Of a DNA stretch of 64,000 nucleotides, positions 58,543 through 64,000 are shown one piece after another. The translations under genes were made by a program, and so were the position numbers. The stretch comes from Fistulifera solaris (Eukaryota), in the NCBI GenBank assembly GCA_030295235.1, contig AP026164.1:682001-746000 (forward strand), given 5' to 3'. Position 1 is the stretch's first letter. Each line of letters starts with the position of its first letter. Below the pieces are notes generated by a model. It searched no databases. It saw only the letters and a list, made by a program, of their open reading frames with translations, and was not told where the DNA came from.

Positions 58543-59958
58543 ATGGCACGTCTCTCTCGATTCATCTTTGCCTTTATCATTGCCGAGTCTTTCGCCTTTG
58601 CAACACAATCGAAAGTCCCCAAGGTTTCTCCAGCCTACAAATCTCTCTCGTTTCTTCCGCAGCAAGCATCAACTCGTGCTCAAGAAATGTCGGGTGTTTT
58701 ACGCATTCGAGGAGGTGGCCCTGTGGCGGCCGAAGTATCGCCTGCCGCTCCTGCCAAGAAGATCCGTATCACGGCATTTGATTCAATGCGATTCTTCCTC
58801 ATTGCCGTTATCGTCTTGGGTCATTTCATCAAGTTCGCCAATCCTTCCGATTTTGTCTTTAAATTCGTGAGTCAGCACAACATCGCTGTCGGAGCTTTCT
58901 TCGCTCTCAGTGGATATGTTACGGCGTACACCTCCACCGAGTTGGGCAAACGAGAACCTTCGCCCAAGCTTTTGGAAACACCCAAACAAAAGTGGGTTTT
59001 GTCTCGAATTTTCGGATACTATCCTCTTCATTTGGTCACGCTCCTCTTGTTTTCTCCCGTCTTTTTGTATGCCGACGTCACCTACAATGGCTGGATGACA
59101 ACTGCCATCAATGGCTTGATGTCAGTGACAATGACGCAGGCGTGGTTTCCGATGCATGCGGAGGTGTGGAATGCGCCGACCTGGTATCTTTCGGCTTTGA
59201 GTTTCATTACGGCACTGATGCCATTCGGTCTGCCGTCGATCGCCAAGATGAACAAGGCGCAGCTTCGCAAGACGGCAGGCTGGTTGTTTGCGACTTTGAT
59301 GTTGCCAAAGTTGGGTTATCTGCATGACTTTAACTGTTGGTCGGTTGTGGAAGGGGTCATCAATCCCAAAGCGCATCCTAACTTGGCTTTATTCAACTTG
59401 CTTCGATTCAGTCCGCTCTACAACGCCGCCGAAGTATTTTTGGGAATCGTTGCGTGCCGACTGGTCATGCTCGACAGTGATCCCGACGAGAAGGAAAAGA
59501 AAGTCAAGACAAATGCTCTCAGTACCTTGTTTCCCATTGTGTCTCTTGTCGGCTTTAGTGCTTTGCGCGGTTTGGACGTCATTCAGTGTAGCGAGTTCGT
59601 GGCGCGTCATTTGTTCTTTGTGCCCATGTTCTTACGCCTTCTTATGGCGTGTCACCGCAATACGGTGAATAACGTGTCGGATTTGACTTGCACGATTTTG
59701 TCGAACCCGTTATTGGTGTGGCTCGGTAATTTGGCCTTTCCCATTTTCATCGTCCACGGACCGATTGGTCAGATTTTCTTCAAAAAGCTCATTGCTACCA
59801 AGCTTTTTGGTGGAGTGCTCATGGGACCCACGAATTTCGCAGCCTATTTGGCGGCAACCGTTGGAACCGCCTATATTTTGCAAAAGACAGTGTTGCAGAA
59901 CAAGGCAGTGTCCGATTGGTCGAACAAAGCGGTAAACAAGTTGTCAACGTGGATGTAA
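58543..59958 (+). CDS. Acyltransferase-3 (OafA-like) multi-TM protein with bipartite presequence
   Basis: FDSMRF..IVLGH, FFALSGYV, WNAPTWYLS, LGNLAFPIFIVH; signal SFA-FAT and LRIRGG. Confidence 0.85.
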   Translation: MARLSRFIFAFIIAESFAFATQSKVPKVSPAYKSLSFLPQQASTRAQEMSGVLRIRGGGPVAAEVSPAAPAKKIRITAFDSMRFFLIAVIVLGHFIKFANPSDFVFKFVSQHNIAVGAFFALSGYVTAYTSTELGKREPSPKLLETPKQKWVLSRIFGYYPLHLVTLLLFSPVFLYADVTYNGWMTTAINGLMSVTMTQAWFPMHAEVWNAPTWYLSALSFITALMPFGLPSIAKMNKAQLRKTAGWLFATLMLPKLGYLHDFNCWSVVEGVINPKAHPNLALFNLLRFSPLYNAAEVFLGIVACRLVMLDSDPDEKEKKVKTNALSTLFPIVSLVGFSALRGLDVIQCSEFVARHLFFVPMFLRLLMACHRNTVNNVSDLTCTILSNPLLVWLGNLAFPIFIVHGPIGQIFFKKLIATKLFGGVLMGPTNFAAYLAATVGTAYILQKTVLQNKAVSDWSNKAVNKLSTWM

Positions 59959-60597
59959 TGCACCTTGCTCGCTGCTCTTTCGTGGAGTCACCTAGTTCAA
60001 ACAGTTAATTTCAAATGTAAGATATTACACCAGGCTATGAGTCTATAAGCGTCGATATTCCCTCGGAATGTGGTTGATACGCGGCCGCCGATCATCCGTA
60101 TCTCAGAGAATAGGGCGGTGAAACGAATTGGGAGTCTGTGATGTACCCTCTTCGCAATTTTTCGAGATAAAACTGCCTTTGAGAAGTTCTTGTTCCCACT
60201 CACAACATTTTTTTAATGATGTGTTACATTGAGAAAATCGTTCCGAATCGGTTGCGCTGGATCACATACTTAGTCAGTGCGGGTGGGAGAGTTTGTTAAA
60301 GGTGGCGGAGTGATGTTACTGTAACAATAACATTAAGATAAGCAAGTAACCAATGATAGGACACAGATGTTTGATTAGTGACCGAGTATTGATGCACAAC
60401 CGTCCCGGAATCGTCTTATCTTAATGATATAAGGCGTAGACTTTAGCGACAATTCCCGGGACTGCATCCCGTTTGAGTCACAAAGTTCTACACTTTATCG
60501 TATAATTCACATGTGGGCCGTGGACGAGGAAAAAACTTTCCCCATCGTCTTCATGCATTCATCTTATCATCATCATTACTTTCCGTTGTAGGTGACA

Positions 60598-61965
60598 ATG
60601 GTCAATCGAATGATGATATCTCGCGCGTACAATTCAGCAAGCTTCCTGAAGAATCGAACAGTCTTTTTTCAAGGACGACGCTGCAAGTCTTCTGACTCAT
60701 CCGCTCGATTGACTTCATCACTCGAATCTGCCAACAGTTTTTGGCTTTCCCTGCGACGTAGAGCAGCTATTGCTTTGACGCAGACCCTCAGTGTTGATGA
60801 TAAGAAAGATCTCTTAGAAAAGATTGGAGGAAAGCAGCTTTTGCAACCTGAGACATTGGAAGATACGCGCCTACAACAAGAGGACGATTCCCTTTCACTC
60901 AAGAACAGCATTGCCGAAGCGGTAGCACAGGCGAGAATGGAGGAAGCCCAAAGACAAGAAAAGAAGTGGGAGAAAGATAGAGAAGCTATACTACAAGAAG
61001 CAGAGAAAGCGGCGATGGAACGAGTTGCGAGTCAGTTAAGGATCCAGAAATTCAATCAGTGGCAGCAAGAGGTGGGAAAAGCAAAGACCTCCTCAGTAAT
61101 GGAAAGAGTCGCGGACAAGGATGCGACTCAAGAAGAGACGCAAAGCGAACAGGAACATCCAGTTCTTGGCATGGCGTACGCGAGTTTGGGCTACAAGAGC
61201 GTTCACTTGGTGTCCGCCAAGGACTTGGCGGATATTCCAGTTTGGGAAAAGCAACGAATTTATCGGCATGATCGTGCGAAATCCATGGCACAAGATAAAA
61301 TGAAGACCATGAAACTGGGTATGCCAGGCGTCATTACGCTTTATGAAGTAAGTGCTATCTATCATACCGCGCAGGGTTGAAGTTGCGTTGTTGCCGAATA
61401 ACTGACAATCCTCTTGCTCATAGGATCGCGATGGAAAACTAAGCATCATTGATGGGCAGCATCGTGTTGGCATGATGTCTTTACTGAACGAGCAATCCGT
61501 AGAAGGGCTCGACCTTGACAGTGTTTTAGTGGAAGTTTACAAAGAACTCCCTGAATACGGAGAAGATCACGCGAAAGATATCTTCTTGGAGATTAACAAA
61601 GCGGAACCAGTCAAACTGCTAGATATGCCCGGCGTCGCTACGGCCAAAGATCGCACTATCATTAACAGAGGAGCACAGCTATTGATGGAACGCTTTCCGA
61701 GTATGTTTAGTCCGAGTCAGAAATGTCGTGTGCCAAACTTGAATATTGATAATCTCCGAGATGCACTTTTGCGGCTAACGTCATAAAGCGACACAGTCTA
61801 ACAAGTGCTCCAGCTTTGGAAGCATGGCTCCTCGAGCAGAATGCCAAAATGGAAGTGAAATATCAAAGTGATGAAGCGAAGAAGACTGTATCCGTAGCTG
61901 CCTTGACGAAAGCCAAAACACACAGTTTCTATCTTGGCTTAGACTCGAGCTGGTACTACCATTGA
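60598..61965 (+). CDS. DGQHR (ParB/Srx-like) domain protein with coiled coil, probably mitochondrial
   Basis: Removing intron 61348-61423 gives GVITLYE-DRDGKLSIIDGQHR; then IFLEINKAEPV, CRVPNLNIDNLRD. Frameshift near 61770; Arg/Ser-rich presequence. Confidence 0.72.
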
Positions 61966-62034
61966 GTTTCTTTTTTTTTGTAAATGACGATTTATTTATA
62001 GCTGTTTCTATTAAAATCATGTCAATTTTTTACT

Positions 62035-63689
62035 CTATAATAAAACATTGGATGATCTATGATTCAGAATATCGTCACCGGTGCTTGGTATGCTTTGGGG
62101 AATCGGTGAATGCATTTCCAGATTGTCGGAAATACTGGAATCGACTCGAGTCATTCCGTGACGCCCGCTACTACAACATCCTTTCTTTCCGGTAGCTGTC
62201 ATGTACAATATTGCCCCCAATCCCACTGTTGCCATGCTGAATAGGTAAGTTGTCCACGATGCGAGTAATAAGACTGCAACAGTCATAACAAGAGTCGGTG
62301 CCAAGAATATAATGCACCCAGTCGTTCCAAAAGGAATTTTCCAGGGTCTATGTATATCGGGACGCGTAATGCGCAATTTGATAAAGGCCGCAAACTCGAA
62401 AAGGAGCGATATTGAGTAATTGAAATTGAGCATTTCAATGAGATGGTCTAAGTCTGTTACACCCATCACAACAATCACCGCTGTGCCGAGAAGAATGCCG
62501 TACGTTGGGGTTCCGTAGCGCGATCGTGTTGCAAAAATAGACGGAAGAAAACCGCGTTCAGCCATTCCCAGTATTTGAAAGGCATCCGAGGACAGTTCGG
62601 CTAAAAAGAGCGCAACGTTGCTGATTCCCGCGGCAAAATGGTCCAATCGCCCAGCCACTGTCCAACGACTTCACTGGCGACTCGACCCAGATATCCATCC
62701 ACCCAAGCACTTTGTGGAGCATCGGAAGCCCCCAACGCCACTAGAAGAGGAACAAAGTATCCCGCAGCCACAAGAACGAACCCCCACATCATCCCTTGTG
62801 GGAAAATCTTGCCCGGATCTTCGACGTCGGCCGACAAGCACGCGGCGGCATCAAACGAATTGAGATTCCAAAACAAATTGTTGATGAAGGGTCTCCACAA
62901 AACGCCTCCCCAAGTAATGCTGTCCCAAAACGATGTCCCGACGTCGTCGGCTACGACTGTTTCCGTGGGCATTTGAAACCATCGACTCGGATCGACTTTG
63001 AACGCCCCGACAATCGTGAGTATCATGAAAGGACTCATTGCGACGAAACAAATGGCAATGGCCATTTTTCCAACAACATCGAGACCCAAGTAGTTGACAT
63101 AAGCCAACGAAATGGAAATACTCGACAAGAGACAAAATCGTATGACGGGATGTCGGACACCACCGGCTTCCGGTGCATCGGAGTCCACGGGCTGCAGTAC
63201 TTCTACCACATAATCCAAGAACAAGACGGGATAGATCGCATTGTCCGTCGCTCCCGCAATCCAATTAAGATACCCCGAAATCCATCCCGCCATGGAACCA
63301 AAGGCTTCTTCGACCCACGCGACACCGCCGGACGATTCGGGAAAGGCTGCTCCCAATTCGGCCGTAATCGCCGCTTCTTGCAACGACCACAAGAAAGGCA
63401 TGATCAAAAATCCCAACAGTGTGTAAAAATTACCCGCTGATCGAACACTGGCTTCGACACCAAAGGGTCCTCCCGAGACATTGTAAAAGACAATGACGGC
63501 GAGGGGCAGAACACCAATCTTTCCGGGTAAGCCGTGGGGATTGTGTGGTGTTGGCAGGGCGTATTCGTCATCGAAGGCTGATTCCAGGTTGTCGCTATTG
63601 TGGATGAGATCGGATCGTTCTTCTTCTTGTGACAGCGAGGCATTGTGTGTCTCGGCAGACACTACGGAAAGGACGGGTTCGTCCTTCAT
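62035..63689 (-). CDS. APC-superfamily polyamine/amino acid transporter (PUT/RMV1-like)
   Basis: FYNVSGGPFGVE, ITAELGAAFP..GG..WV, DNAIYPVLF, FWNLNSFD, ELSSDAFQILGMAERG. Frameshift near 62640. Confidence 0.9.
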
Positions 63690-64000
63690 TCCTTTTCAAA
63701 ATAGAGATACAAAAAGACACCCAGCAAGTTGCAGCGCGTACAGATGAACTCAACAATTCAAAACAACAAAATTCGCTGCAAAGATGCAAGATCGGTGGTC
63801 TGACAGGGTAGTTCGTTGAATGCAAACACAATGACAACGACGGCAACGATGAATAACGCGCAAGCAAGCACGAAACGCAAAAGGTGTGTCCTTGTGTCGT
63901 CTGTTTCGGAAATTCCGAACCATCGAGCGAAGTTCGTCACAGTACAAAACGTGCGTTGTACGTTGGAGAAGCGTAGTATAGTCTACTTAGTCGTCTGGCC

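Overview
Eukaryotic nuclear DNA, most likely a pennate diatom. Support: compact gene spacing, 60-100 bp GT-AG introns, signal peptides ending in ASAFAP-like plastid motifs, and RxL-type propeptides. About 30 protein-coding genes are recognisable. Many are broken by single-base frameshifts at homopolymer runs, which I read as uncorrected long-read errors. Highlights: (1) a plastid-type AhpC/TSA (SelU-like) selenoprotein split by an in-frame UGA in a UxxC motif, with a candidate SECIS in its 3'UTR; (2) an ~8.6 kb ATXR3/SDG2-like histone methyltransferase carrying bromo-like, HMG-box and zf-CW domains and ending in seven Tudor/chromo-barrel-like repeats, each on its own phase-1 exon; (3) two inverted paralogous secreted Pro-Val-repeat genes sharing a perfectly identical ~295 bp tract; (4) a bacterial-type PEBP, a BIN4-like protein, a Cnx1 with a degenerate G domain and an organellar DGQHR/ParB-like protein; (5) a 34-bp minisatellite cluster bracketed by direct repeats. 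No rRNA, tRNA or CRISPR array was found. All family calls come from motif recognition, not database searches.
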